From: Leucoraja ocellata
Taxonomy: Eukaryota
Direction: 5' to 3'
NCBI GenBank assembly: GCA_036785375.1
Contig: JAWMAR010001015.1
Span: forward strand, 310,001-374,000
Length of the DNA stretch: 64,000 nt
Part shown: one piece after another, positions 11,842-24,550 of the stretch
Layout of the letters: each line of letters starts with the position of its first letter
Position numbering within the stretch: the first letter of the stretch is position 1
Notes under the pieces: model-generated
What the model saw: only the letters and a program-made list of their open reading frames with translations
The model's database searches: none
What the model was told of the DNA's origin: nothing
Made by a program: the position numbers and the translations under genes

Positions 11842-14800
11842 TCATACTTGTAATAGGTCCAGAAACATAGACCACGTCTTTTGGAATTGGTCTGCTTTAC
11901 CTGCTAGGAGGAATCTCATCTCTTCCAGATGTAATGTTTCAAACATATTTGATATCCACATTTTTATTGTTGGTGTCGACGCATTTTTCCAGAATTTAAG
12001 TATAAGCTTTTTTCCCATTATTAGCCCGTAATTAAATAAATTCTTCTGAAACACGTTTAATTCAGGGTTACCTTCCGATATTCCGAAGATAATCCATTCT
12101 GGTTTTGGTACCAGTTTTATTTTGATCAATTTTGAAAAAATATCAAATATTTCATACCAGAATTTTTGGATTTTTGTACAAAAAACAAAAGAGTGCGCTA
12201 TGGTAGCTTCTTGACACAGGCATTTATCACAGATTGGTGAAACATTAGGGAAGATTTTATTTAATTTAGTTTTTGAATAATATAATCTATATAATGTTTT
12301 AAATTGGATGAGCGTATGTCGTACGTTGATCGAACATTTATGCACCTATATAACCATATAACCATATAACAATTACAGCACGGAAACAGGCCATCTCGGC
12401 CCTACAAGTCCATGCCGAACAAATTTTTTTCCCCTTAGTCCCACCTGCCTGCACTCGTACCATAACGCTCCATTCCCTTCTCATCCATATGCCTATCCAA
12501 TTTATTTTTAAATGATACCAATGAACCTGCCTCCACCACTTCCACTGGGAGCTCATTCCACACCGCCACCACTCTCTGCGTAAAGAAGTTCCCCCTCATA
12601 TTACCCCTAAACCTCTGTCCCTTAATTCTGAAGTCATGTCCTCTTGTTTGAATCTTCCCTATTCTCAAAGGGAAAAGCTTGTCCACATCAACTCTGTCTA
12701 TCCCTCTCATCATTTTAAAGACCTCTATCAGGTCCCCCCTTAACCTTCTGCGCTCCAGAGAATAAAGACCTAACTTATTCAACCTATCTCTGTAACTTAG
12801 TTGTTGAAACCCAGGCAATATTCTAGTAAATCTCCTCTGTACTCTCTCTATTTTGTTGACATCCTTCCTATAATTTGGCGACCAAAATTGTACCCCATAC
12901 TCCAGATTTGGTCTCACCAATGCCTTGTACAATTTTAACATTACATCCCAGCTTCTATACTCAATGCTCTGATTTATAAAGGCTAGCATACCAAAAGCTT
13001 TCTTTACCACCCTATCTATATGAGATTCCACCTTCAAGGAACTATGCACGGTTATACCCAGATCCCTCTGTTCAACTGTATTCTTCAATTCCCTACCATT
13101 TACCATGTACCTGTAGTAAATGATTATCCCAGGTCTCTTTTGAGATTTTTATAGCTAATTCTTGTTCCCAATCTTTTCTAATTCCATCTGTTGTGGGTAT
13201 TTCTATGTTTAAAATGATATTATATAGGTACGATATTAAATTAGCTGATTCCGCCTTGGTCTTCATTGCTTCATCCAATAAGTCGGAAGGCATATTATGA
13301 TAGTCTTTTGTGTGTTTTTTCAGATAATCACAAATTTGAAGATATTTAAAATATTGGTTATTTTTCAAATTATATTTCAGTTGTAGTTGTTGAAATGATA
13401 GTAAATTCCCCAATTCATACAGATCTTCGAGCGTTTTGATTCCCATTCTTTCCCATTGTATAAATGATTTGTCTATGATTGATGGTTTAAACAATGGATT
13501 ATTGACTATTGGTATTAAAAGAGATAGGTTTCTTAATTTTAAATTCTGTTTTATTTGTTTCCATGTTCTTATTGTGTTATGTATAATTGGATTTTTATTA
13601 TAATTTTTATTATTCAAATTTATTGGTGAGAGGATGGTCGCTCCTATATTACTCGGGGAGCAGTCCCCTTTTTCCATTACCATCCAGTCCGCCTGCTGTG
13701 CAGAATTGTCCAGCAGGTGAATCATATTTTTAATATTTACTGCCCAATTATAATACATAAAATTAGGGAGCGCTAGACCCCCCAGCTCTTTTCGTTTATT
13801 AAGGTGTGCTATTTGTATTCTATGGGATTTATAATCCCATATAAAATTTGTAATGTCTGAGTCCAATTTTTTGAAAAACTTTTTTGGGAGATATATAGGT
13901 ATTGATTGAAATAGGTATAGAATTTGTGGTAAGAAAATCATTTTAATAGCATTTATTCTGCCTATTAAGGACATCGGAAGTGTTTTCCAGAATTTAATCA
14001 GATTATTCAATTTCTTGAGTAAGGGATTATAATTGGCTTTAAACATATCCTGGTAATTTCTAATAATTTCAATTCCCAAATATTTGAATTTTTCTGTAGC
14101 TATTTTAAAGGGAAATTTCCGAAGATGTGTTGAGTCTTTTGGTTTTATCGACATAATTTCACTTTTGTTCCAATTTATTCTATATCCCGAAAAGGATCCA
14201 AAGTCTTCAATTAAATTTAATATGTTTGGTATACTAATTTGTGGTTTTGTGATGTACAGTAGTACATCATCGGCATATAGGGATATTTTATTCTTTGAGT
14301 ATTTTGTATTATAACCATAAATATCCGGATGTGTTCTTATTTTTTCAGCAAGGGGTTCAATTACCAAAGCAAATAACAGCGGTGATAATGAGCATCCTTG
14401 TCTATTGCCCCTTGATAGTTCAAATTTCGAGGATAAAATATTATTAGTTAATATTCTAGCCGTAGGTTTGTTATATAATAGTTTTATCCATGCGATAAAG
14501 TTTTCTCCCAATTGGAATTTTTGCAATACTTTAATCATATAATCCCATTCTACTTGATCAAACGCTTTTTCTGCGTCCAGTGAGATAATAGATGACTCTT
14601 GGTCGTGAGATTTTTGTGAGTGCATTATGTTAAGCAAACGTCTCAAATTATTGAATGAGTGTCTCTTAGGTATAAATCCTGTTTGATCTCCATTTATTAA
14701 TCTACTAACGTACCTGCTTAGTCTACTGGCTAGTGTTTTCGCTATTATTTTTTGATCCGTATTTAACAAAGCAATAGCTCTATATGAGCCTGGTTCTTCT

Positions 14801-16406
14801 ATGTTTTTATCTTTTTTAAGTATTAATGTGATCGTTGATTCTGCTAAAGTTTCGGGTAAGCTTTGCTCTTTAAAAGCGTATGTATACATTTTCTGTAATC
14901 GTGGGTAACTATATCGTAAAAGGCTTTATAGAATTCACTACTGAATCCGTCTGGTCCTGGTGTTTTGCCGTTCTTTAGTGTTTTTATTGTGTCTTCTATC
15001 TCCTTAGAAGTAATTGTTGCTCCCAGTTCCTCTTGTTCCCTCAATTCTAATTTTGGGAGGTTACAATTTTCCAGAAATTCTGAAACTTTATTATTATCTA
15101 TTGACGTTTTAGATGTATATAGATTTTCGTAAAATTGAGCAAATCTTTTATTGATATCCTTGGGTAATGTTAATAATTCCCCACTATCTGATTTAATCTT
15201 TAGTATTGCATTCTCTTTTTCCCGTTTTTTCAATTGGCGTGCTAAAAGTTTGTGTGGTTTGTCCCCGAATTCAAAGTGTTCTTGTTTTGTAACTTGGAAT
15301 AATGTTATAACTTTCTCTGACAATAATTTATTCAGCTTGAATTTCAATAATAGGATTTTATTATGTTTATCCATAGTTGGATCTTTAGCATTATCTGTAT
15401 CTAATTGTTTTATTTGTTCTTCTAAATGTCTTTGTTCTTTCTTATTCTTTTTATTTTGATAAGCTTGAAATGAAATAATGACTCCTCTAATAAATGCTTT
15501 AAAGGATTCCCATAATAGCGTGGGGGATATATCTGGTGTATCATTTATCTCAAAGAATAAGTCCATCTGTTTTTTTAGATATATACTCCCTTGTGGGTCT
15601 TTTAAAAGTTGCGAATTAAACCTCCAGAACGATTTATTCATAGACATTCCTTCTAATTTTAAAACAAAGGTTAAAGGAGAGTGATCTGAAATCGCATTAA
15701 TGTGGTATTTAGGATTCATAGTGTGTGTAATTAATTTTGTATCCACAAGAAAATAGTCTATCCGTGAATATGTTTTATGCACCGTTGAATAGAACGAGTA
15801 GTCCCTTCCCGTCGGATTTGCAATCCTCCCTACATCTGCTATATTTGTGTTTTCCATATATGTATGTAAGAGTTCACTGGTTTTAGATTTCATATTACCT
15901 TTTTGTTTTTGCATCGATTTATCTAAATAAGGGTCTAAAACACAGTTGAAGTCTCCTCCAATTATAACATTTTGATAATTAAATTCTGCAATTATATTCA
16001 GAATTTTATTAAAAAATTGAGGGTTATCAAAGTTGGGCGCATATATATTTACCAGCGTAATTGGCGTATTATTGATCTCTCCTGCTACTATAAGATATCT
16101 CCCTTCCTTATCTGAAATAGTATTCTTTGATTTAAATGGAATTCCTTTACGAATAATAATTGCAGTACCTCTGGATTTAGAAGTGAATGAAGAGTGAAAT
16201 GTTTGGCCTATCCAGTTAGCCCTCAGTCTCGTCTGATCTTGATGTTTAAGATGCGTTTCCTGTAGGAACGAAATGTCCGTGTTGTATGCTTTCAACTGAG
16301 CTAGTATCTTGCCCCTTTTAATAGGTTCATTAATACCCCTTATATTCCAACTACATAGTGTGACTCCTCCCATTTTCCTTTGATTGTCGTCATACATTTT
16401 TACCAA
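11842..16406 (-). pseudogene. L1 ORF2 (APE endonuclease, reverse transcriptase, C-terminal CCHC), disrupted
   Basis: SWNIRG, LQETH, GGDFN and SDH endonuclease motifs; RQGCSLSP and LYADD RT motifs; CDKC...H...C. Frameshift near 14900 and CR1 insertion at 12348-13104. Confidence 0.95.
12348..13104 (-). mobile_element. 5'-truncated CR1 LINE nested in L1 ORF2
   Basis: ORF 12435-13106 has CR1 C-terminal motifs (LYKALVRPNLEY, RRRLRGDLIEVFK, RVVAVWNELP); (ATATGGTT)n tail; 8-bp TSD ATGCACCT / ATGTACCT. Confidence 0.92.
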
Positions 16407-17333
16407 TTTTAATGACCTTACTTACTATGGTGCATCCATACCTCAGGACTCTGGTTATTTTGGGAGCATTTATATTATAGACTTTCTTGGTAGTTCCCCT
16501 CCGCGATTGTCCTTGAAAAAAAAACACATAAATGTGACATATTGTGATTAAAACAAAAAGTATATAGAATAAATGTACGGTGTCTGGGTTTCCGACACCG
16601 TAGTGAGTGGCCCACTCGTCTGTGGGATACGACATCAATATTGCTTCCGGCGTAGCTGTTATGAGGTTAGCCCCACTGACTTTATTACTCATAACCTAGG
16701 GGGTAGGTACCGTTTCCAAATCAGTTCTATTTCACCCCATTGCAGTATATATATATATATATGTTTCATTCCGACTTATCAAATCTAATCAAGTATTCAG
16801 TTACATATATTCCTCTCTCTTTATCTCTTAACTATTTGTAATTGGTTTTAGTATTGTTAAAAGTGAGCTGTTCGTTGAAAGGGTTAAACAGAGTCAGGCT
16901 CCTGGAATTAAGCCAGGTGCCTGAGTCTCTTCCCCTCCCCACTCGAGCTGCGGAACCTGTGAGATTACCATGTTGTCTGCGTTATAACACATTTTTATCA
17001 ATATCAGTTTATGTATTAGTATTGTTAGTTATTAATTACTAATAATTCTCTATACTTTGTAAGAGTCTGTAAGAGTATGTAAGCCATGTGATGTTTTTCA
17101 GTCTCTCTCAGCTTCAGCAGAACTGCATTCTTCTGTTATCAATGTTTCCTGGTTTGAGCATCGCATGTCCTTGAATTAAATTCGAGAGAAGATTATAATG
17201 TCTAGACATGTCTCGTGGAAAATCTGTTGCGAATAATCATTTTTAAAGCTTGGTGTTATTCACTTTTTTCAATTTTCTACTAATATTCTTGTTGGGGGAA
17301 TAAGCACATTAATTAGTTCATGACGTCTGGTGA

Positions 17334-18365
17334 TCAATCTTCTTTTGTTGCTGCCTTAGCCACGATTTCTTGAGCGTATTTAAGGGATTCTACCGGGTTA
17401 GTGAATGTTTTTGAGATTCCCTTGAAAGTGATACGCATCCTAGCCGGATAAAACACTCCACATATGACGCCCTTGACACCGTAGAGAGCTTCTCTGGTCT
17501 GTGAGAACTTTCTTCTCTTTTGCACAATCTCATAAGGGTAGTCCCGTAGAAGTTTAATAGAATCATTTCCATACATCATCTTCTCTCCGTGTTTAATTTT
17601 TTTCATCAGCGCTTCCACTGTTGGGATATCCCGAAGTTTGACTATGATCTGTCGTGGGTAGGCTTGTTCTCCTTGAAATCTTGGTTTAAATCTAGGTAGT
17701 CGATGTGCTTCTTCAATTACTGGTGCCTCAGGTAAATTGAGTACATGTTTGATTAAATTGGCAGTGAACTCACGAGCGTTTTCCCCCTCAGCTCCCTCTT
17801 TCACTCCACGTATTCGTATATTTTGACGTCTTGAGCGAGCTTCTAGTTCAACACATTTATCAGATACTTTTGTAAATTGGCTCTTGAGGCTGTCTAATTC
17901 TAACTTCATTGCCTCCATTTCTCCAGCCATCTCTTCCACAACAGCTTCCAAATCTTTCACTGCAATTGCATTTGCCGAAATAGTTTCATGCACAGCCTCA
18001 AACATCTTTGTGGACTCTTCTGCCACCTTAGTAATTTTCCCCGTTAGCTCTTCTTGCACATCATCAACTCTTTTTTGCAGAGCACCAATGCCAGCGAGTA
18101 TTTTTTCATTACCAGCATTAATGGATTGTATGTTTTCCATCAAGTTTAAATTTCCAGCTTTCACATCATTTTTCAAATCTCTTACCGAGTTCTTTAATTC
18201 CTCCATTTCAGTTTTCTCTTTTGTGATCAACTCAGTCTTAGATCGTGTAGCCATTCCAGAATCCACTCCAGAGGTTAGTTTTGCAGTTTCTTTATGTTCC
18301 TGAGTCTTCAGCAGGTGTTTTGTCACTTTCCTCTGTGGGCTCTGACCTGGAGATGTATTTTTCAT
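17334..18365 (-). CDS. L1 ORF1 protein (coiled coil plus RRM/CTD), 343 aa, intact
   Basis: LEARSRRQNIRIRGVKEG, AHRL, PRQIIVKL, RDYP and YPARMRI motifs typical of L1 ORF1p. Confidence 0.93.
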   Translation of the reverse strand: MKNTSPGQSPQRKVTKHLLKTQEHKETAKLTSGVDSGMATRSKTELITKEKTEMEELKNSVRDLKNDVKAGNLNLMENIQSINAGNEKILAGIGALQKRVDDVQEELTGKITKVAEESTKMFEAVHETISANAIAVKDLEAVVEEMAGEMEAMKLELDSLKSQFTKVSDKCVELEARSRRQNIRIRGVKEGAEGENAREFTANLIKHVLNLPEAPVIEEAHRLPRFKPRFQGEQAYPRQIIVKLRDIPTVEALMKKIKHGEKMMYGNDSIKLLRDYPYEIVQKRRKFSQTREALYGVKGVICGVFYPARMRITFKGISKTFTNPVESLKYAQEIVAKAATKED

Positions 18366-19020
18366 TTAAAATGCCTTTCCCTCCGTTAAATCCACGGCGC
18401 TTACTGATGACGTCATCAGCACCGCGACATGAAATTCCGGTAAGTCTTTAAAATCGGTCCCGACCTCCAGACCCGATTTTAACGCGAAAAATCGCGATTT
18501 TTTTCAGCGGAGCTAAAAGATTTGCGACTGCTAGCAAAGCATGCCGCCACCGGAAGCCCTGCTCAGAGTCCTGAGCTAATATTTATCCTGAAACCAAACA
18601 GCTAAACACAGGTGGGCTGTGGGAGAGCTGGGAAGGGGAGGGGAAAGAGGGAGAAAGCAAGCACTACCCGACGCAGGAGATCTGCCCAGATTTGGTTTGC
18701 CGTGTGTGAGCTGGCATCAGGTACATTGTCACAGCTGGGCAAGGAAAGACCACGGACCAATCAGTTCACCTTGTGTCACCCTGACGGTCACACGGCACAG
18801 TGATAATGGAGTTAACGACCACAATCAATCTCTGTCTTCAACTGGTCCAGGCGTGGGTGTGAGAACACCCAATGGTGGAAGGTTTTGGACACATTGATCC
18901 AACAACAACTATTTCTCCCAGAATGTGCTTCTCCTAGAATGTGCACACATCACATCCCAAGCTACCCATGTACTGCCACCCAAAACACAGACACGCACAC
19001 AAAACCTTTTTCACATCACA

Positions 19021-19026
19021 TTTATT
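19021..19026 (-). terminator. Polyadenylation signal of long secreted IgW form
   Basis: AATAAA about 295 nt downstream of the CH6 tailpiece stop, followed by GT/T-rich sequence. Confidence 0.6.
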
Positions 19027-19318
19027 GATCTTGTATTGATACATTGACACATACATAGATTTAATACCTCGTGTGATCCCATACAGGGTTAAAATCTGTT
19101 CAAGCACGGCAGAAATAGCTCTGTAAATGTATCCAGACGCTCAGACATTTGTGGTGAATCATGGCTGTGGCTTCATTTATATCTCGTGTGGCATTATGTT
19201 TTTAATGATTTACAAAGGTTCACATTTTGATGATGTATTAGGGAACTAACCCATCATCCTCTGGGTCAGTTAATACATCCAGAAATGAACAAAACAAGTG
19301 TTTGAGAAATGAATCATG

Positions 19319-19704
19319 TTACACACAAGATTTAAAGCTGTCAGTCAGAACAAGTGAGACATTGACCAGGGTGGGTTTGCTGTGAGATTTATTGATGCTT
19401 CTGAATAGACTGGTTGTGATGGATCCATGTCCCACAACACAGGAGAAGGTGGTGCCACAGTTCCAGTCCTCTGGAGAAACCTTCAACTGACTGGTCATGG
19501 TGTTCCACCCATTCCTGGTGTCCTTGGTCACGGGCTGGTTCACGATCCCTGTCTTCAGAAGGGTGTCGTTGGCCATCCAGGCCACATAGATGTCTGCAGG
19601 AGAGAATTTGGTGACCAGGCACGTCAAGGTGGCCGTCTTATCCGTCTCCACCTCATCCAATGAAGGGGGGAGGAGGTAGACTTGAGGACGTCTCTCAACT
19701 CCAT
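19319..19704 (-). CDS. IgW: IgW terminal constant exon (CH6) with secretory tailpiece
   Basis: ttcccag acceptor; GVERRPQVYLLPPSLDEV...TLTCLVTKFSPADIYVAW...FSCVVGH; tailpiece KPTLVNVSLVLTDSFKSCV* with NVS sequon and penultimate Cys. Confidence 0.95.
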
Positions 19705-19899
19705 CTGGGAACAGAGAGAACCTGAGTTAGACTGAATCTGTCGATAATTCTGTACTTACACAATACATTCCAATCTTATACTGACATGGACCCCGTTTAC
19801 ATCCTGAGGGACCTCAGTTCACCTGGAACTAAAGGCTTTTCCTTTCTGTTCATTGTAGGGATGTATGGAATAGAAATCATGCCTCTGGTGCATTTTACA

Positions 19900-20650
19900 G
19901 GGCAGCATGGTGGCGCAGCGGTAGAATTGCTGCCTACAATGCAAGAGACATGGGGTTTGATCCCAACTATGGCTGGTGCCTGCATGGAGTTTGTACGTGA
20001 CCATGTGGGTTTTCTCCGGGTGCTCAGGTTTCCTCCCACACTACAAAAATGTACATGTTCTCTGTATGGCGGGACTGTCATATGCTGAGAAAATGGAGTG
20101 GCTGGGCTTGTATACTCTGGAATTTAGATGGATGAGAGGGAATCTGATCGAAACATAAGATTATTAAGGGTGTGGACACGTTAGAGGCAGGAAACATGTT
20201 CCCGACGTTCAGGGAGTCCAGAACCAGGGGCCACAGTTTAAGAATAAGGGGTAAACCATTTTGAACAGAGATGAGGAAACACTTTTTCACAGAGAGTTGT
20301 GAATCTGTGGAATTCTCTGCCTCAGAGGGCGGCGGAGGCCGATTTTCTGGATACTTTCAAGAGAGAGCTAGATAGGGCTCTTAAAGATAGTGGAGTCAGG
20401 GGATGTGGGGAGAAGGCGGGATCGGGGTACTGATTGGGGATGATCAGCCACGATCACATTGAATGGAGGTGCTGGCTCGAAGGGCCAAATGGCCTACTCC
20501 TGCACCTATTGTCTATTGTTTGTAGGCTAATTGACTTGGTTTAATTGTAAATTGTCCTTGGTATGTGCTGGGTAATGTTAGTGTGCGGGGATCGCTGGTT
20601 GGCGTGGACTTGATGGGCCGAAGGGCGCTGTATCTCTAAACTAAACTGAA
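19900..20650 (+). mobile_element. HE1/V-SINE-type tRNA-derived SINE interrupted by a CR1 3' fragment (about 20065-20518)
   Basis: A-box-like GGTGGCGCAGCGGTAG, CTCCGGGTGCTCAGGTTTCCTCCCACA core, CTAAA tail; CR1 LYTLEFR/RTRGH segment in the middle. Confidence 0.75.
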
Positions 20651-21084
20651 CTATAGCTTCCAGTGAGTTTAAATTGGTTAGTTAATCAACAGGAGCCACT
20701 GAATGCTGAGACTCTACTGAAAATGGAACTCAGTCCTTGGACCAGCCTGTTTCTGCGCTGTCTGTTCCATCTCCCCTTCTGCTTAAATGATTGGCTGGTG
20801 TTTGCCTCAAGCTCCCTGCCCTTCCAGTCCTGACTCAGTCTGTATCTCGGCTTGTGAAAGTTGCAATTCCCTCTCCCTCGATTCTATCTAAGCAACTCAC
20901 GCTGAGGGAATAAGTGTGGTAATGGGCGAGGCTGTCGTGGTGACTTGGGATATTAATGATGTGGTTATTCAGCTGAGTTTAATCTTATTTTCACACTCTC
21001 TGACCATCTGTAAGTCCACCCAATATCCATTAGATATCCACTGGAGATCAGAAAAATCTAAAGGAATCTGAGAAAAACTATGAA

Positions 21085-21970
21085 ATTCTTAATCGGATTG
21101 ATGAAGGAGAGCCAGTATATGTATTGTATCTAGACTTTCAGATGCGTGGCAGATGCAGTATAATATAGATAAATGTGAGGTTATCCACTTTGGTGGCAAA
21201 AACAAGGGGACAGATTATTATCTCAATGGGGTTAGGTAAGGGGGATGAACAACGAGACCTGGGTGTCCTTGTACAATGGTCACTGAAAGTTAGCGTGCAG
21301 ATACAGCAGGCAGTGAAGAAAGCTAATGGAATGTTGGCCTTCATAAGAAGAGGGTTTCAGTATAGGAGTAGAGAGGTTCTTCTGCAGTTGTATAGGGCTC
21401 TGGTGAGACCACATCTAGAGTATTGAGTACAGTTTTGTCTCCTAATTTGTGGAAGGACATCCTTGTGATTGAGGCAGTGCAGTGTTGGTTCACGAGATTG
21501 ATCCCTGGGATGGCGGGACTGTCATATGAGGAAAGATTGAAAAGACTAGGCTTGTATTCACTGGAGTTTAGAAGAATGAGGTGGGATCTTATAGAAACAT
21601 ATAAAATTATAAAAGGACTGGACAAGCTAGAAGCAGGATAAATGTTCCCAATGTTGGGCAAGTCCAGAACTAGGGCTCAGTCTTAGAATCAAGGGGAGGC
21701 CATTTAAGACTGAGGTGAGAAAAAACTTTTTCATCCAGAGAGTTGTGAACTTGTGGAATTCCCTGCCACAGAGGGCAGTGGAGGCCAAATCACTGGATGG
21801 ATTTAAGATGCAGTTAGATGGAGCTCTAGGGGCTAGTGGAATCAAGGGATATTGGGAGAAGGCAGGCATGGGTTATTGATTGGGGACGATCAGCCATGAT
21901 CTCAATGAATGGTGGTGCTGGGTCGTAGGGCCGAATGGCCTCCTCCTGCACCTATTTTCTATGTTTCTAT
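21085..21970 (+). mobile_element. CR1 LINE 3' fragment
   Basis: QQAVKKANGMLAFI, LYRALVRPHLEY, GLYSLEFRRMR; TTTCTATG tail. Confidence 0.88.
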
Positions 21971-22369
21971 GAACAGGTGAGGCAGAGGAAGAATGTTTCA
22001 GATATTGGTGAATCCAAGCAAGGAGATGACAGTCTGAGGTGAAGGTGTGTAGGTGTGAGAGGGGGAGAAATGTCTTCACACAGACAGTGGTGAACCTGGA
22101 CATTCTCTGCCACAGACAGCATTGAAGCCCAATTATTACATATATGCAAGAATGAGTTGGATCCAGTTCTTAGGGTAAAGGGATCAAGGGATATGGAGAG
22201 AATGCAGGAAGAGAGTACTGAATATGGATGATCAGCCGTGCTCATATTGAATGTCTGTGCAGGATTGAAGGGCTGAATGGCCTGCTCCTGCAATTATTTT
22301 CTATGCTGGATGTGATAAGTGTGTCCATTTGCTCAGATCAGACTCGCACCAACCTCTGTCAACACGTAC

Positions 22370-22690
22370 CTGTCAGCTTCTTCAAAGATCTGCTCTCCGG
22401 TGTTGGCAAACTCTTGTCCTCCACAACACAGGTGTACAGAGCCCCACTCTCCCACTCTGCAGCGGGGACCGTCAGTCCGCTGGTGATGGTGTCTGTACCT
22501 CCGATCCTCTCTACACCACGAGTTGTCACCCCGTCTTCTCTCTTCATTTCATTCACTTGCCAGGTGACCCTGAATCCCTCTAAATCACCGTGAACCACCT
22601 TACACAGAATGGTGGCTGTCTTGTTGATCCAGATCTCTTCGAAGGAAGGTTTGCTTAAAGTGACCGAGGGGCGGGTATCTGAACATTCAT
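22370..22690 (-). CDS. IgW: IgW CH5 exon
   Basis: 321-nt phase-1/phase-1 exon, tcccag acceptor and G|GTACGT donor; ECSDTRPSVTLSKPSFEEIWINKTATILC...VTW...EWESGALYTCVV. Confidence 0.93.
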
Positions 22691-23688
22691 CTGGGAGAAA
22701 TCACATTTATTATGTCATCGTTCCCTGATGGAGCAGCTTGCCACTGAAGTATTTTGTGCACATCTCCACTGAATGATATGCTGGTCCCATCAACATCAGG
22801 GAGATTTATCTACATTGGTGTAGGAATGAAGCTTCCTATTGATCCCACAAGGAAACCGTGCTAAACAATGTGAATTAACAAGTTGACATTTACATTACTT
22901 GACAGTTTTGTGATCACTGAACCTGCTACCAGCTATTTACTGAATCAAATGTATAAAATTCCCTCTGAGGAGAGGCAAATCGAGCTAATGTTTGAGGTCA
23001 AAATGTTCAGTTCAGTTTAGTTTATTGTCACGTGTACCGAGGTACAGTGAAAAGCTTTTGTAGCGTGCTAACCAGTCAGCGGAACGTTCTTCACTTTATA
23101 TTATAAAATAGAAGCAGCGGCATTATTTTATTTAGTCGCGAGTGGACCGGAGTAGGATGAAGAAAGGTCTCGACTCAAAGCCTCACCTCCCCATGTCCTC
23201 CAGGGATGCTGCCTGACCTGCTGAGTTACTCCAGCATATTGTGTCCTTTCATTTAGTCACAACTGTTTAAATGCATTTTGTATCCATGAGGTGTAACTAA
23301 ACTCTCCTGCTGCTTTGTCAGAATGTAGTGTGTTGCAGCCGGCCTGTTCCAGAGGCTGCTACACATTGCCCAGGCTGACTGTAGCCACTCTGGGGCAGGG
23401 AGAGAGCTGCTCTGCTGGACACCCTGTCACAGCTGAGGCACCCACTGGCATCAAGTACAAAGGCAGAGGGAAAGACCGTTTTGAAGAAGAGTATTGTGGA
23501 TTCCCACCGTGTCTGGCCTGTCGACTGGCTTGGATTGCCCTCAAGTTACTAAAGCAATGTCAAAGATACAATTATTTCTGTGGCCAGATTCACTTACAAG
23601 CCCACAACAGGACTGCACCATGTTACAATGCTGCCCATGTGTGGCACAGTTTACAATGTGGAGAATGGAGTGAATCCCAGGAGCCTAC

Positions 23689-24006
23689 CTTGGATGTTCT
23701 TCACATCCTTCGTGATGATGGTGTTGGAGGCGCGATGATACACTGTACAATTGAAACGTGAGCCTGACTTCCAATCCTCTGTACTCATGGTCAGGAAGTG
23801 GCTGGCACTGAAAGTGCCCCCCTGCTCCAGAGCAGTTGGTGCAGCGCTGGTGTTGTTGGAGATCAGGGCATCGTCTTTACTCCAAGTGACGTTGATGAGG
23901 TCTGGGTAGAATCCAGAGACCACACACTCGAGGGTGACCTTGTGGCTATGCTTGGTCTCTTCGTGTGTTTGAAGCAGCAGTCTGACTTCAGGTTTATTTG
24001 GCTCAA
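23689..24006 (-). CDS. IgW: IgW CH4 exon
   Basis: 318-nt phase-1/phase-1 exon, ttccag acceptor and G|GTAGGC donor; TLECVVSGFYPDLINVTW...DWKSGSRFNCTVYH. Confidence 0.93.
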
Positions 24007-24040
24007 CTGGAACAGAGCAAAATAAATGTTGAACTCTCTC

Positions 24041-24510
24041 ATAGAGACATAGAGTGATACAGTGTAGAAACAGGCCCTTCAGCCCAACTTGCCCACCCCG
24101 GCCAACATGTCCCAGCTACATTAGTCTCTCCCGCCGTGTTTGGTCAATGTCCCTCAAAACCTGTCCCTGTCTGTTTTTTTAATGTTAGGATAGTCCCTGC
24201 CTCAACTACCTCCTCTGGCAGCTTGTTTCATACATCCACAACCCTTTGCGTGAAGAAGTTACCCCTCAGATTCCTATTAAATCTTTCCCCCTTCACCTTA
24301 AACCTATGTCCTCTGGTACTCAATTCACCTACTCTGGGCAAGAGACTCTGTGCATCTATCCAATCTATTTCTCTCATGATTTTATACACCTCAATAAGAT
24401 ATTCCCTCATCCTCCGACACTCTAAGGAATAGAGTCCCAGCCCACTCAACCTCTCCCTATAGCTCTCTAGCCCTGGCAACATCCTTGTAAATCCTCTCTG
24501 TACCCTCTCT
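24041..24510 (-). mobile_element. CR1 LINE 3' fragment in CH3-CH4 intron
   Basis: ORF 24228-24521 GLYSLECRRMR...TRGHRFKV...FFTQRVV. Confidence 0.85.
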
Positions 24511-24550
24511 CTCTCTGTCACACCGATTTAATCACTGATCTGTTGCCCAC

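Larger units (their letters stand above)
11432..18558 (-). mobile_element. Full-length L1-clade LINE
   Basis: 14-bp TSD CTGCTCAGAGTCCT (11418-11431 and 18559-18572), A-rich tail at 11432-11467, ORF1 and ORF2 present, 5' end GGCTTCCGGTGGCGGC. Confidence 0.95.

Noticed and set aside
18776-18825. CACAGTG heptamer at about 18796
   Set aside because: No recognisable nonamer at 12 or 23 nt and no adjacent gene segment.
1-19000. IgW transmembrane exons
   Set aside because: No hydrophobic CART-motif exon (TF..LF.LS..YS..VT type) seen by eye on the minus strand; probably outside the window.
23315-23761. 148-aa plus-strand ORF
   Set aside because: Antisense to CH4 and its intron; no domain features.
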